A DNA stretch of 64,000 bases from Catajapyx aquilonaris (lineage: Eukaryota): the NCBI GenBank assembly GCA_000934665.2, contig KZ538189.1, positions 1-64,000 on the forward strand, written 5' to 3'. Below the pieces are notes generated by a model. That model saw only the letters and a program-made list of their open reading frames with translations, did no database searches and was not told where the DNA came from. The translations under genes were made by a program, and so were the position numbers. Shown here piece by piece: positions 12,101 through 26,102 of this stretch. How positions within the stretch are numbered: the first letter of the stretch is position 1; the number at the start of each line of letters is the position of its first letter.

Positions 12101-15100
12101 AGGTCCGAATTTAGCAGCCGACGACACTTTGCTGACATTAATTTGCGAGGTCCAATTCCTGAAATATTGTCCGAGGGCAGCAGCAGGACATTTGAATCCA
12201 AATAGTGCGAAATCAACTTTTGTCAGCATCATTCGGGTCATAAATCAGGAATAATTATTGCGATCTGATGCTGACGACATTATTACACGCCTGGCATCAT
12301 ATGCACACTGTGTTAAATTTACATGGGTCCGGTCTTACTCAAACGTGGTAATTTAATGCAATTTTTTACTAGCGTCCCGCATGCTTTTGTCTAATTGTTG
12401 CGACCATCCAGCCAGTAATTGTGTCTATATTTTGTGCAGTTTTGAGCTTTAACAATTGGTCTCCTCCCACACTGTAATACCGTGTGTCTCATTGATGTAA
12501 GCCAAATTTTATTCAAATAAAAGTTGCCAAAAACAGCAAGGCACGCATTTCTACGTTCTATAGTTTGGCAGGATTATTCCAATAACATTTGCACAGCCCC
12601 ACGTTGGTTCTGGTCCCATCCACATAAATTTTCGCCATTCTGTTCCTAAAATTACTGAGAAACTTTCACAACGTATAGGCTTGGCTGCATTCACAGATGT
12701 ATATCAGATGCAATAAGCACATTCGAATATTGGCATCATTTTTTTTAAAAAATCAAAATTCAATCGAAATACATTCGTGCAGATATTTTATATGAGGCTC
12801 CCCCAGAATCACTCTAATTTTGCAAACCTGGTGGGTCATACAGCTCTCTTGTGATAACCCGAGTGGAAAAGTGGGGGGGTCGATTCCACTTGGAAATGAG
12901 TTTTGAGGGATTTTTCGAGGTCGGTGTGCTTCGAATGTATGGTAATGGAGAGGGGGGGCATATAAAAGTACGTCACGATCGTTGTTATCCACATTCCTCT
13001 TTCTTTTCTCTTATTTTTTTCCCACGAAAGGACTGCTCTCATTTCCGGAGAGATTCCACACTAAAGTTGGAGTCAACTCATCTCGAAACGCAAACTTTTC
13101 CTTCCTTCCTTTCTTTTTCGTCTTCTTTTTTTTTAAAAAAAAAGCTCTCCTCACTTCCCCCCGCCAACATCCTGGACTGGATGACAATTTATTGTGCCAG
13201 TGCAGACTTGGTTAAGTCTGCAAACAGGTTTCTTTTTGCTACTCTGTACGTTTCCGAAGGGGGGGGGGGAGGGGGGAAAGAGTTTTCTGGGCGTCATGGA
13301 CCAATGCGGAGGAATTTTCCCCGTGGGCCCTACTCTTAACAGAGATGGATCCATTATGCCTTCTAACACTTGAAAGCATTTCCAACCCCTCATCACTCCG
13401 AAAAACCCAGAACGACGTATCCATCGGCTCTTCAACATTTCTCCAGGGCCTCCAGTCAGAAAGCGTCTACGTCATTCCCAAAAAAATTGCCCAGGAACAG
13501 ATATCAAATATTTCACAAATGAAGTTATTTTTGCAGTATTCCTAAAGTACATTATTTTCGGTCAGATTATACAAGAAGCAGCATTTATTAACGGCTGTGT
13601 TTTCGCTCAGATGATGAGACGTTGTCATTTTAGAATGAATTTAAGTCAAAGGCGTGCATAACCTTCGTGTGCCGCTCTTGAATACGACGGAATATGACAG
13701 CAATCACGTAACGAACGTTGCGTCGCAATGCGCGAGGGGCTTAAATATCCCAAAAAGCCTTCTGCAATTTCTATATAGGATGAAAACCTGAGAAAGAATG
13801 GGTAAACTTAAAATCACTTGCGCCAAAGTGCACAAAAGCATTGCAAGTGTCAGATTACCCGAATTCTTAACACTTAAGAAGGGACTATTTTTAACGAGCT
13901 GTTTAGTTGGCTGGTGCATTTAGAGGTTAGGTTACTAAGTCGTCCGCCTTCTAAGCCAATAAGTGAACCTATAGTAAAAAATTTGAAGCTATATGCAGAA
14001 ATAGTCCCTGAACGTTCAAAAAAAGGGCTTCATTCGGTTATTTGTGCGCGCATTTTAAAAAGCTAATGGCATTTTCTTGTTATACTATATTAGCTGCAAT
14101 TAGCAAACTTTTTTTTCCCGGAATCCACAAGAACATTGAGCCAATAATATGATTTACTCACTGTCAGTTGCGAATCGAAATATGTATAGAAAACAACCGC
14201 TTTTAAAGACAAACTCAGCTTATTAGTAATTCCTTGCATTTTCTATTCCGATTACTATTTTTTGATCGACTTTTTTTTCTTTCTTTCGATTCATCACGAC
14301 CGTCCTTCCGACCCAAGCCTCTGTCCCAATATTGGAGCAGGCACCTTTAGGTAGACCGCATGCACAAAAAAGGGGTCAGTATATGACGAAGTTGGCCCAG
14401 TGGCGACGCTTAAAACTGTGTAGCTTGTCCAAACGCAATTTATGGCCAGTCGGAGCCATTGAGGGGACATGTTCCCCCCCTGCTGGAAATGGAGAGAGAC
14501 CAAACTCCCTGGAGGACAATCCTGGAGATTTGTTTGTTGCCGCTTGCATATGACAGGTTTGCTAATTTTTATGTTGTTTTTTTTGGCGTTCTGGCTCTGC
14601 TGGTTGCGTTTGGCGCAATTTTGGCTTGAAGGCTGGCTTTTTTGAATTTGATATAAACAAAATGCTCCAGGTGGTAATGCTTCCAGAGGCATTTTTCATG
14701 GAGTGCTTGCTTGCACTTGTTGGGTTATGTACAGTACCACGCAGCGGAACTTAGACTTTTGGACGAGAGTTGGCTGGTAATGTGCCGCCGGATTATTACT
14801 GTTATTACAGAAGCTCAGGTGCAGTGCCTGACGGGAATTATGCCTGCAGCTCATGAACGCGGTCATTTGCTACTCCCGCGGGGTAAGTGAAAAAGCGGTG
14901 TGCAGATCATGCCTCGTGCTTGCGAATTATGGTCCGGCTCTGGGGATCAATGTGGCGGAATCTTCTTAGATTGCAACTTCTTTTATTAAAAATTTGTGCT
15001 CTCAACTTATAATGAAAAAAAATATCGTAAGCTGTTCCGGATATTCATAACCGAATGCCACAGATTAGAAATAAATGAAAACATTTTGGTCGAAATTTAG

Positions 15101-15128
15101 TCAGGATTGTAAAATGCAATTATGAAAG

Positions 15129-15459
15129 GCTATTATGCGATTCACGAGTCCTGGCATGTTAGGCTCCACCCACCTCTTCCCAACGTCAGCGGCGGAAGAA
15201 ATCAGGCCTGGAATGCTCGTGATTCTCGCGATTAGGAGCCATTGGTGCGGGGTTCGGTCTCAACAAGGGATAGGTGGTTCGTCGTATTTCCAGGCCTGGT
15301 TGCCCCCCCCAATGCGATCCCCTGCTGCCAAGTGCTCTCCTCCATCCTCCTGGCAGGCGTGTGAGGCCATGGCGGACGCGGACGTGGCAACCTTGCCTTC
15401 AGAGGGCGGAGGAAGGGGGAGGAGCCTAACAGGCCAGGACTCGTGAATCGCATAATAGC
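15129..15459. mobile_element. MITE-like non-autonomous DNA transposon, 331 bp, 39-bp terminal inverted repeats
   Basis: Left GCTATTATGCGATTCACGAGTCCTGGCATGTTAGGCTCC (15129-15167) vs reverse complement of 15421-15459: 38/39 identical. GC-rich non-coding interior with an extra CAGGCCTGGAA/TTCCAGGCCTG inverted pair. No clear target-site duplication. Confidence 0.75.
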
Positions 15460-18400
15460 TACATGATAAAAATTCCCTGCACTCTCACACAATCACGCTT
15501 ATGCGTAATTAGGATAGATGACAAGCCGAAAAATTCAAAAAAAATCAGCAATATTAAAAGGTGCTCCCACTCTTTACAACTGACCTTGCCTTGTATACAT
15601 ACATGCCAAACATGCAACGTACACAAGCTTTTAGGTACCGGGTTACGCATAATTCGTCCTCTTTTGACGCTGTCACTTGCTAACAACGAGTTATTGCCTT
15701 GACATACGAGGTTAGTAAAATAATTCAACTCGACACATGAAAGAGTGTCAGTGCGGCAGTAAAGTGCAATAAAGGCTTTGAAGGGATGACCGCCAAGTGA
15801 GGTTGACTGCGGGTGTACTGCGGCTCCAAATGGCAACTAATGAGCCAACTGGAAAAACGGAACATCAGATGAAAGAGAAAGGATGGGGCAAAAGAGGACG
15901 CTGGATTAAATGGAAGCCCCTGCCTCCTTTTTTTCTATCTTTTTTTTTTTGGAAGGCTTCCGGCTCCGAAATCCCAACCATTCAATCCTCGTTTCGCCGG
16001 TTGTGCAGTGGACCCAACAGTCAGGATAATCAAAAAACTCTTGGTTTCCGCCACTCACTATCTTTAAGCCCGCCTCTCAAAATAAGCTACTTTTCCAAAT
16101 TGCACCATTACTAAAGAGCTGAACTGATCCGGAGGTGTACGGTCTAAAAGTCTGAATACATATGAAACACCCGGTACAAACACCTTGACGAAACAGTAAA
16201 TTAGAAAACCTTGTATGTAAGCCTTCTGCAGAAGCTTCAGGATCTGTACGTCGGGATGGTATCAAGATTGATGGCCCCCATGGAAAAATGTGCTTTCCGG
16301 AAAAACAAGCAATGAACACTGGTTATAGCTAAGGGTACAGGATAATCTCAAGGCCAGGGCATGAATATTTTACATGATGGCCTCATCATGAAACGTGAGG
16401 ACAACATTATTGACGGCTTTTACATGCGGTTTACTTAGTGTACATGACCGACATGTTCGCCAACCACGTAATTTACTCGAATTGCAGGAAAAACCTAACA
16501 ATGTTTAAGGCTATGGCTTTCATTGTTTCAAGGTCTTGCAGGACTTTTACGCAGCATGTAACGATGGGCAGTATTCACATTAATGAGTCATAGGTTACAG
16601 TGACAACTGTTGTTGAAACCCTTTGACAATATCTGATAGCAATCATTACTGTGCTGTATAGCTCCCTTTTTTATGGGCATAAACCGCTTTCAGTGTGCGC
16701 ATGAATAATAATTCTGCAGGGCTGATTTGTTTCTTTGAATTCAACACAGTACATGTGAGCTTTAAATAATTATGCTATTATGGCAACGCATAACTGACTA
16801 TGAATCAACCAGTTGTATAAACAAGCCTTAATCATTTGTACTCAACATTCTACAGTTATCTAACTTACATAATTTACTTTCTCGCAGTGAAAGTAAGCTA
16901 ATTGTCTATTCAGTAAGTTTTTGCATTATTATCCCCAGGATGTCTTAGAAATTCGAAAATATTGCAAATTATATTTTGATACTAGAGGAACCAAACTTCA
17001 CTCGCAAGCTTCACAAGATTTAATAATTAATCTGCACTTAATGCAGAAAGTTGCAAATTGCTCCTACATGTTTTACTATGATGACGCTTACCTTTTTATC
17101 AGCCTTGGTAATGCCTACGTAATTATCGTTAGGTGTAATTGTCTATTTAACGCCACCACAAAATGCATAACGTGTAATGTTGCATCATATTTTGCGAAAA
17201 GTTGCACAAAAATGGCCTGTGTGTCATGTAATACAATCTGCTTTGATAACAAAAGGTTACAAAGGCGCCATTTTACGCTGACCTTTTAAACGCTGAAGCA
17301 GTGTACTGTAATGTACATACTGCATATGTGGTTTATGGCAGCCCAGAAAAAATATGTACAGTATACGTCCTCCTCTGATTGCAACGCGGTGGTGAACATA
17401 AAATTACGGTAGGCATATGTGCAAATGACTGACAGTGTAATAATTACTCGTCAACTGTTTCGATGACTACTTACACTATTTCTGTCATTATTTTCGTTCG
17501 TGAAACCCACACAGTTCTCCGGCACAGATCTGAATCATTCAGGACTTGCAGCCGATACAACGGCCCCCACTGAACTTCCACAAATCAAAACTATCGGCAA
17601 ACACTGCAACCAATCTTTTTGACAGAGAGTTAGTGGCCCAAGCCTCCAGGGCATTCCCCGTATCACATAACCAGAGAAGACATCTACCAACAGCCTAAAA
17701 TAAATGTTCAGAAGCTCATTTCCCCACCGATTTTTTTTGCATCAGTTATCAAAACCTGTCAGAATCCATTAATATTATCTTTTTGGCTACTGTATCACCA
17801 TGTATTTAACTAGCGCTTAGTGGGGTGGAACCTGTTCCGGGCAACGTCCCATTAAAACAGACGTTGAGCAAAACAGTGTTTCAATTGCCCTTCATGTCCC
17901 TACCATTGCGGGACTATTAAGGGAATACAACCGGGCAATTCTAGGCGACGTTATGGCAGAGTGAAGGTTTTATCTAATGAAACCCCACCCCCCTCCTCTT
18001 GGATTGTTCGCTTCACTTCAGCAAATTGCAACCAAGCTGATTTTTTTTTCCGCAGAGCATCCTCTATAAAAAGTTAATTCTCTAAACCCCCTGACGCGCT
18101 TCCTTGTAATCAAACCGCAAAGTCACTTTTTTTGACTTCATCCCTCTGCCACAAATCAGATTAAGATTTCACCCTGATCTTATGATAGAAGGCGTGAAAA
18201 TGATCGGATCATAATATCTGAAACCTTGCTGGGTTTTTTTTCATCTCCAGGCATTTTAAGCGGGGGTTTCAATACCTGAGCCGCTCTAATGAAATAAGAG
18301 AGCAAAGTGTTGAAGCTACTTTAATTAGACGAGAGAGAAAATAAAACAGAATTTTCTTCGGTGTAATAGCTTGAGGGTGGGGTGGGGAGGGGGGGGGCGA

Positions 18401-21400
18401 TAATTCCGAGGTTCTTCATTACAAGATCTGGGCCTGGGGTTAGGACAAAGAGTTTCTCTCTCTGAGTTTCATCAGTGTTTTTACAGCAGGGATTCAGTGA
18501 ACCCATCCTGTAATAAAAATAGCCGGCAGACATCGCATGAAAGATTTAATCCCCGTGAGAGTACACTGTTACAAGCCCTACCGCATTTTGGGGAATCGTA
18601 TCCTACATGCAATGTCAATATTGGGTTAAAGGAAAGACTAAATTTCTATCAGGGTCCTATGTTTGTCTTGTATGTCAGTGAACTTATAGGATAGTACAAT
18701 AAAAAAGCGACCTCCATGTCAAGGTTGAGTTTGTGTACGTGTCTCTGGGCGTAAAAATATCATGTTTGGATGAAACTTTGATAAGCAGCCGATATAGTGA
18801 GCGTGGGTGTAAGGAGGGTGACCTTGACACGAAACCGTACGCAAAAGGTCCGCCAAACTTATACAACCTGCTGGATCTATGTGGATGGGGTCGAAACTTT
18901 GTGTACACTGCAGTTAGAGAAACTTTTGTTGAGGGTTAGTAGGGGGAAAGCCTTGACTGGCGATCAGACGTGCAATTCGACGAAAACTTCTCAGACGATT
19001 ACACTTACTAGAGTGGCCATGACGAACAGACGACAGACATATACATAGGACGAATTATTTTCAATCGAATGTTTTAAAACTTTTTGGTGCGCCGCTCTGC
19101 AGATGTACAGTAGACGATGCGCACTTTTCACCGTAAAATTGGATATACCAAAGAGCTTAGTTTCTATCCGGTGGCATATTCTCTTCTTTTTTGCACCCCC
19201 AGCTTGTTGTGTGTCTCACGCATGAACGGTGATCGATAGAACGCTTCGTCCCAAGACGAAAAGACTTCCCAAGAGCGAAAGTAGGAAAACAGCAAAAGTG
19301 CCAACCCCAATAAAATTGCTTTACCTTTTTCTGATTCCCACTGTTGGCCCCCATGTCTTTAACGACCCACCCTTTTTTTTGCTATTTGGTACAGATTCTA
19401 CTTTGCTCTAGGTGTGTTTTTTTGCAGCTATAAATCACCCTTCCCAAGGCTTGGTTGGAAGACTAGGCCGTGTGTTTTCTAGAAGTAATTAAAGGGAAAT
19501 GGGCGACTTTTACGGCAGCCGGCTCCTCTTTCACTCAAAATCCAATAACGACAGTCGTTTCCCCCACTCGTCCCTAATAAATCAGTGCCCCGTGTCTGTG
19601 CAAATGACCAATTACAATGGGTTGCAGAGGTGGACATAACTGCGACAACCGCTTTTTCACCTCTGACCTTTTTTTCCCCCCACCCCACTCTCTCTATTTC
19701 TCTCTGTGTTGTGTGTGACACACAAACCGCCCACTCAAACTCTCTATCCAAACAGGTGGTATTGCCAGACCTAGTATAACAATGACCCAGGCCGCTTCTG
19801 TTGTGATCGATACATCCACTTGTGTACGGCTCCTGACATGAAATTTCTATGCAAGCTAGGGCTTTTATAGACGCATCAATATTTCAGTGAACTTTCAAAA
19901 ATGGAAGAGACGACAAACCAATTGCCAGCAGGAGAAACAGAGGGGGGGGGCCAACTTTTAACCCGGACATGAATTACTTATTATTTCAGGAAATTAGCAT
20001 GCCTCCGGTGGACGGAAAACGACATCTCAATTTCGGGTGTTCCCTCTTTGCGACAAAGGCTTTGTGTGCAAATCCTATGGAACATTACAAGCGGTGCTGG
20101 GAAACATTTATGATTGCGGCTGTCGGATTCGCAGGTTTACTTTACTAACAAAGATGTTGCCTCGAGGGCCGTACCAGTGAAGCAGACAGAGTCAAGTTCC
20201 ATCACGCGTGTATAATCAAGGGAGAAAATCGAAAGCCCTTGAATCTTAATGGCCGATATTTACTGTGGTGACGCGGCGCTAGTTTGCAGGAGTGGCGTGC
20301 CTTTTCGCTTGTTTGTTTTCTGTTATAAATATTTATGTGCGATGGGGATTGTCGCTTTAAAGTCCTGAAGGGGGAAAAAAACTTTTTTTTTCCCCAAGCC
20401 CCTGAAGCCCCATATTGCTTTCAATGCTGGATTTCCCAAACGTCACGTTCTTCAAATTTTATGGAGGATGTCCCAGCATGTTGCAATTACTGGCCGCAAA
20501 ATTAAACTGCGAACCAGCGCTAACCTCAACAAAAGGTGTCGGACACTATAAACTAGCACAATAAAAAATATCTGGCTCAAAATCATACGACAATAAAAAC
20601 TAATACTGTAAATAAACTGCTGTCATAACCAATTCAAATGTAATTTTTGACATGACAGGCCTAGTTTTTTTATTTCGTATAAAAACTGTATATTTCCAGC
20701 ATCAACTTGATTTCAATAGAACTGTTTGAGCCTATAAATTTCTATCTGTTATACAAACGTGCGGAGTTCATAAAGTCTACCAACGTTTTCCCTTTTTTCC
20801 TGAAATCTGGTCTGATATCGACTTGGTGGCTTATATGATCACGTACAGTGTTCCGTCAGATATTCTTGGAAGAGAAGCGACTTGAAATATGGGGCCTCTC
20901 CTTTTCCGCACTCTAAGTACTTCATTTTTGCTCAACAAGAGGTAAACTACCAAGCATCGCTTTTCATAAAACGACAGCTCGTACTTTAAAGAGGCGATGT
21001 AATGAAACAATCACAAAAACGAAAATGTTGACATACCGCATTCGTTGAGCTATGCATTATGAGGTAGCCAGACTATTTTCATCATATCCCTTATCTCAAT
21101 ATGGTCATCATTACTACATTATGCGCTGTACTTATCGATCTGACCTCCTACATTATTGCTAACAAGAGTCATTCCGCACACACGTCACATATGATATATT
21201 AGCCTGCTTCAAGACTTGGATATTTCATGAATTTGTGGCATGCAAATGTCAAAATATAGGGCAAACATTTCCTGACCCAAACCATCAGCACCCTAGCAAG
21301 GCGACAGTTACATGGAGCCTGTCTGCTCCAGCTTGTAATACAAAGTTAATGACTTTTTCCCCCCCTCATATCTCGTAAAGAGTTCTTAATGCAGTATGTA

Positions 21401-23259
21401 GCAGAGAAGAGTTTTCGTGCTGAACACGATCCGCCTGGACGTGTTCCTCTCCGCTCATCATAAAGAATACGTGAGTTCCCCAGCGGGATTATTAAAGTCG
21501 TAACGTCTAAGAACGTCCGGCACGTCCCATTGCTCTCAGTTTAGCTCCGTTTCGTGCGGAATTACAGCATACCTAATCACTACCTCATGACCAGCACGAG
21601 TGCGACTGGTGTTTCCGCTGGAGTAAAATACGACCTCGTAAAAAAATCACAACACTGGCCTGGTATACATTTATGAATATATACCCACATAAATTTCAAT
21701 CACTTGCTATTTTCGTGCCTGTCCATATAGCCTTACATTACTAATATGTTCGTTGGGTTGCATCATGCTAGGATGAATAAAATTCCAGAGTTACTTTTGG
21801 AAGAAAATTATGTATGCTTAATTTGGAGTAGGAAAGGGCCAACTGTGCAATTTGGAGGATCCTGGGAGCTAATTATTCCTAAGGTCCTGCTTATGGTGAG
21901 AGGCGATATATCGGGAGATACTCCGTCGCACAAATCTGAGTAGCTTGGAATTGAAGCGGTGCCAAACCGCAACAAGAGTGCACTTCAAGTCGAGTCAGTT
22001 ACCGCCGAGAAAGGAAAGGCCTTTTGCTTCATTCCTCTGCCTCTGCTGTATGCCACAATCTCTCAGGCGCAGGGGCACAGGAGGGGGGTCAATAATTTTG
22101 GGGCAAAATCCTTTTAGAGAAGAGGGTGTAAAACACAGGCTTGCAAGAGCATGACTTACTTTATGGCGTCAATACTTTTTTGATTAAGTACTTGCTAGTG
22201 TTTTCGACAAGGGAACAAGTTTTGGTCATATTGGCAGACCCTGCCAAGTTTAGTCACGTCTCTCTTCTCTCCAGCAAGAATGAGATGAAGAAGGAGAAAC
22301 TTACCTACTTTATTATAACTCTGGAACACTTGTGCGCGACCACAATTTGTCACGTTTATAAAAATGACTTTTTCCAGCTCTCTTTACGAGCGGTCGTGGC
22401 AGAGAGAAAAACTTGTAAGAACCTGTGGAAATATGACTGCAGATGATGGGAGAACGTTGTTAACAGGTAGTGTCTCATGAAAAAAATACGAGATTGCATT
22501 ACATGCACCGCATCCCGCGATTCAGTCATGAAAAGTGCATAATATTGTGGCGAGTATAAATATTTTAACTACGTACAATCGACAAGCGTGGAAATATCCT
22601 AAAATAGAAACTAGCTGATGAAATAGTAGATATATTTCGCATGCACTAGCATGGTCGATGAGTAAATTAAATATGTTTCTGCAGTGTTTTAAAAATAATA
22701 AGCTTTCTGTATGTACACTGTGGGCACCCTCACCTTATGCAATACAGCTCTGATCTGCAGCTTCTAGTGAAGTCATGCAATCACAAATCGAAGAGAAAGT
22801 TTAAAAGCAGTACAAAAGTTTTCCAGCCGTACAGGAGTGGTCTGAAACTTTTTGATCACTATACACTGCAAGTATTCAAGTGAGGTTTCCCCTATATACA
22901 AGTTGATTCCATACGGCGTTTCACGTCTTATATACAAGCCCAGATTCGGTCCCCATTACTCGCAAGCATTCAGGATTGCCTACCAAGTGAATTTCCGACT
23001 CCATCACCTTCGCAAAATACATTTTGCTTCTGACTTGCCCCACTTTGATGTGCTGTTGTGCAATTCAGGGTCGATCCAACTGAAATGTGCTTTTTTGTGT
23101 TTATAAGCAGCTGATTTTTAAAAAAAAACACACATTTAGTGGGCAACTATTCAAACAGTGATTTTTCAATGTCTTATGGTTTTCAAGTGATGCATGCAAA
23201 ATGCTTAATCCCCATTAACAAATCTGCAACGATATATATGATAGATGTGGCTGAAGCTA

Positions 23260-23325
23260 TCGTGAGTCTATGGAGGTTTCCAGGAGCAATCTATAGACTG
23301 CCTGGAAACCTCCATAGACTCACGA
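23260..23325. repeat. Perfect inverted repeat (25-bp arms, 16-nt spacer)
   Basis: TCGTGAGTCTATGGAGGTTTCCAGG (23260-23284) is the exact reverse complement of 23301-23325. Confidence 0.9.
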
Positions 23326-26034
23326 GGGTGTCTAACAATGTAACCAATTCCGAATCCGTCCTATGTGAGGGTATCGGTTTACAACGGAGGTTTCACCCTC
23401 AAATCGCCCAGCATCCTCATTATTTCCGTGGCTATTCCTGAACCCGCAATAATACATCGCTAATTACACTGTATCATGTGAAATTCACGCGAAAACCACA
23501 GATATATATCCAGCATAGAAACAGCCTTTTAAGGAAGTGGTATAAAACCCGGCTGGCGTCGACAGTAATCGAATTTCCTGCCAAAAGACAAAATATTGCC
23601 AAAGGTATATGGCAAGGCAGGAAGGAAGAAGCCGCACAGCTTCCTGATTGCGTCCTCGGACAAAAGCCTCGGTTATTACGTCGACTCTAAATTGACGCTG
23701 GGTTTTCTGTACATATAATAGTAGGTAGAAATACGTTCGCGAGGATTGCGCATCGGACTTCTCTTTTGGCCCGACCATTTCCTCTCTCAGACCATTTTGC
23801 AAAATCGATGCCTCCGGCTTAACTCTCTCTGTGTGTGTTTTTTGCGATGCCGGGAGGACCTTCACTCTTCTAGATCTACAAATAGCCGCTGCCTCCGTTC
23901 TTTTCAGGCAGGGAATTACATTAATCTTGTTATTAAATTATCAGGAAGCCTGAAGCTAAACATCCGGTATCTGAAGTCCATATAGAAACGATACATATGG
24001 AATTATTGCTTTCAGATACTAATTTATATAGGGATAATTTTAATGCGAAATTTTCGCATAGAAAATTCAAACAGTTAAAAATAACTGGAGTTGCAAATGA
24101 CATTAGCACACACGATTTTAAAAATAGTTTAATCTGACACGCATGCTAATCAATAGTGCAGCATGTTAGTGCCGCAGTTTCACGTTCAATTTGAACCAGC
24201 GTTTAAACACAAATTGACCGCATCAAATTATTTGTTGACACCTCCGCTACATCTAATCGCGCATGTAACGGTGCGTCAACTAGTCAAAAGCGGGGTTTTT
24301 AGAGAGCCAATCTTCTTCCTCCCCAAAGGTTTCATCCTCCTCCAGAAAAAAAGATTACCTCCGGAGGAGACACAACCTTTTTTACCCAGGAATCATTATG
24401 CAAAATAGCTAGAACCATTTTTGAGGGAAGGAGTCGTCGGGCCAAAAAACCCAAAAGCTTAAGTCGACGTCCTAAACGCCTCTTTTTCTGGTCTCGAGGG
24501 ATTAATGCGACAACTGCCAGCGGTGCCATCTATACCGGATCCCTTTTTCTCAACTTTTTTCCCCCCTTCAAAAGCTCTTGAAAATTATGCTCACGTATAA
24601 GCCCCCCCCCCCTTTAAAATATCGGGCGCCAGACATGGAATACTAAATTTTATTGGCGCTGTTAGCTGAATTTGAAAGACCTAGGGAGGGCGAAAAATGA
24701 ACATTTTTGAGCGGTCTTTCACCTTTTGACGACTTTGTCAATTTCCTGCCAGACGTTGCCAAGAACGGTGGTAAATAACTTAATTTTTATCCCCCCCCCC
24801 ACCTTCTTAAGCCCCACGTTAAAACCGAGATTGACTTAAATTGCTGGTTGATTAAGTTTAAATTTTCTGCATGTTTCAGCGGGGAGAAAATGTCGAGACT
24901 TGTAGAATCTGGGGTTTCTCTTTGATCTTAATGACTGCAAAAATGGCGGCACCGACAGTCCCCCCCAAGCGCGGTTTAAAATGAGATTTCAGGGTGCAAT
25001 TAGCAACAGGCCCTCATTTTTATGCGCCGGGGAACCCCCCGTTATTGCTGACCCAGTCGAGATTAATGCAATTGGCTGAGTGTCCCTGCACTCCCCTTAT
25101 GGCAACAGTCAACCGTGCAAAGTGCTAGGAAACGACCGCACTTTTTTTCGCTTTCCGGGGGACAAATCTTTTATCGGCACAGTTTTTGGGATGTGTGACG
25201 TCACTAGAGGAGGGGGAGATATCTAGTTATGGCGGACCATCTGTGGAGGTAATGGTCTCTCATTTTGGAAGGGAAGGGTTAAATTCACTAGGTCACCAGG
25301 TCTGTATAGTTGAGGAAATGCTGTGTTGAAGGTTAATCCGGCGGGCTGCATTTTGGTGCCTTCTGACTTTCCGAGTGTGAGGTTGGTTTGTTGATAAGAA
25401 ACTTCTTAGTTTTGATCCCAGCTACAAATTTAAGCTTTTGCCAAGTCAGGAGCTGTTCTGAGACACTATCAAGGACAGCATGTATAGTGCTTGGCAGTTG
25501 CCTAACTGGATGGAAATTTGCACGCAATTTTACTGCACCACTGTAGCTAAACATTTGCTACAGTTTTGAATAGCCCCCACTATACAGTACAGCAACTGTT
25601 TGGACTCCCAACCCACAAATACTGTTTCAAATTTCGCACTGGCTGGCTCTCTCCATCTCCTGGCTAAAAAGGGGGAAACTGGAAATCAAGTCTTGGGTTA
25701 ACAATGCGGAAAACTGCAGCACGTGAGAGTCTAAGGGATTTTCTAGAGAGAAGTAGGTCCCTTACCACACAGCCCAAGCCAAACCACTTTCCTTTCTCTC
25801 TCTCTCTCGCCAACCTTAGCTGCAAATGGCAGCTCCTTTACCCGTGGCGAATCCAATTTTCGAGAGAGAGAAGCTACACTGGAAGGCAGCACAAGGTTGA
25901 CCTCCGTCCACCCAACCAGATTAAGGTCTCTCCCCACTCTCAGGCTACCCAGGGTTAAATGGGTTGTCACTGGCTGCTCCTCAAGTCCTCGTTCCTTCCA
26001 CGGTTTTTGGCAACGTTGGCAGAATAATAATAAA

Positions 26035-26037
<3 letters not shown>

Positions 26038-26099
<62 letters not shown>
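26038..26099. repeat. (GA)31 microsatellite
   Basis: Uninterrupted GA dinucleotide run; shorter GA/CT runs near 2402, 10735 and 55196. Confidence 0.95.

Positions 26100-26102
<3 letters not shown>

Noticed and set aside
15135..15492. Opposing ORFs both containing MRFTSPG
   Set aside because: By-product of the MITE terminal inverted repeats.
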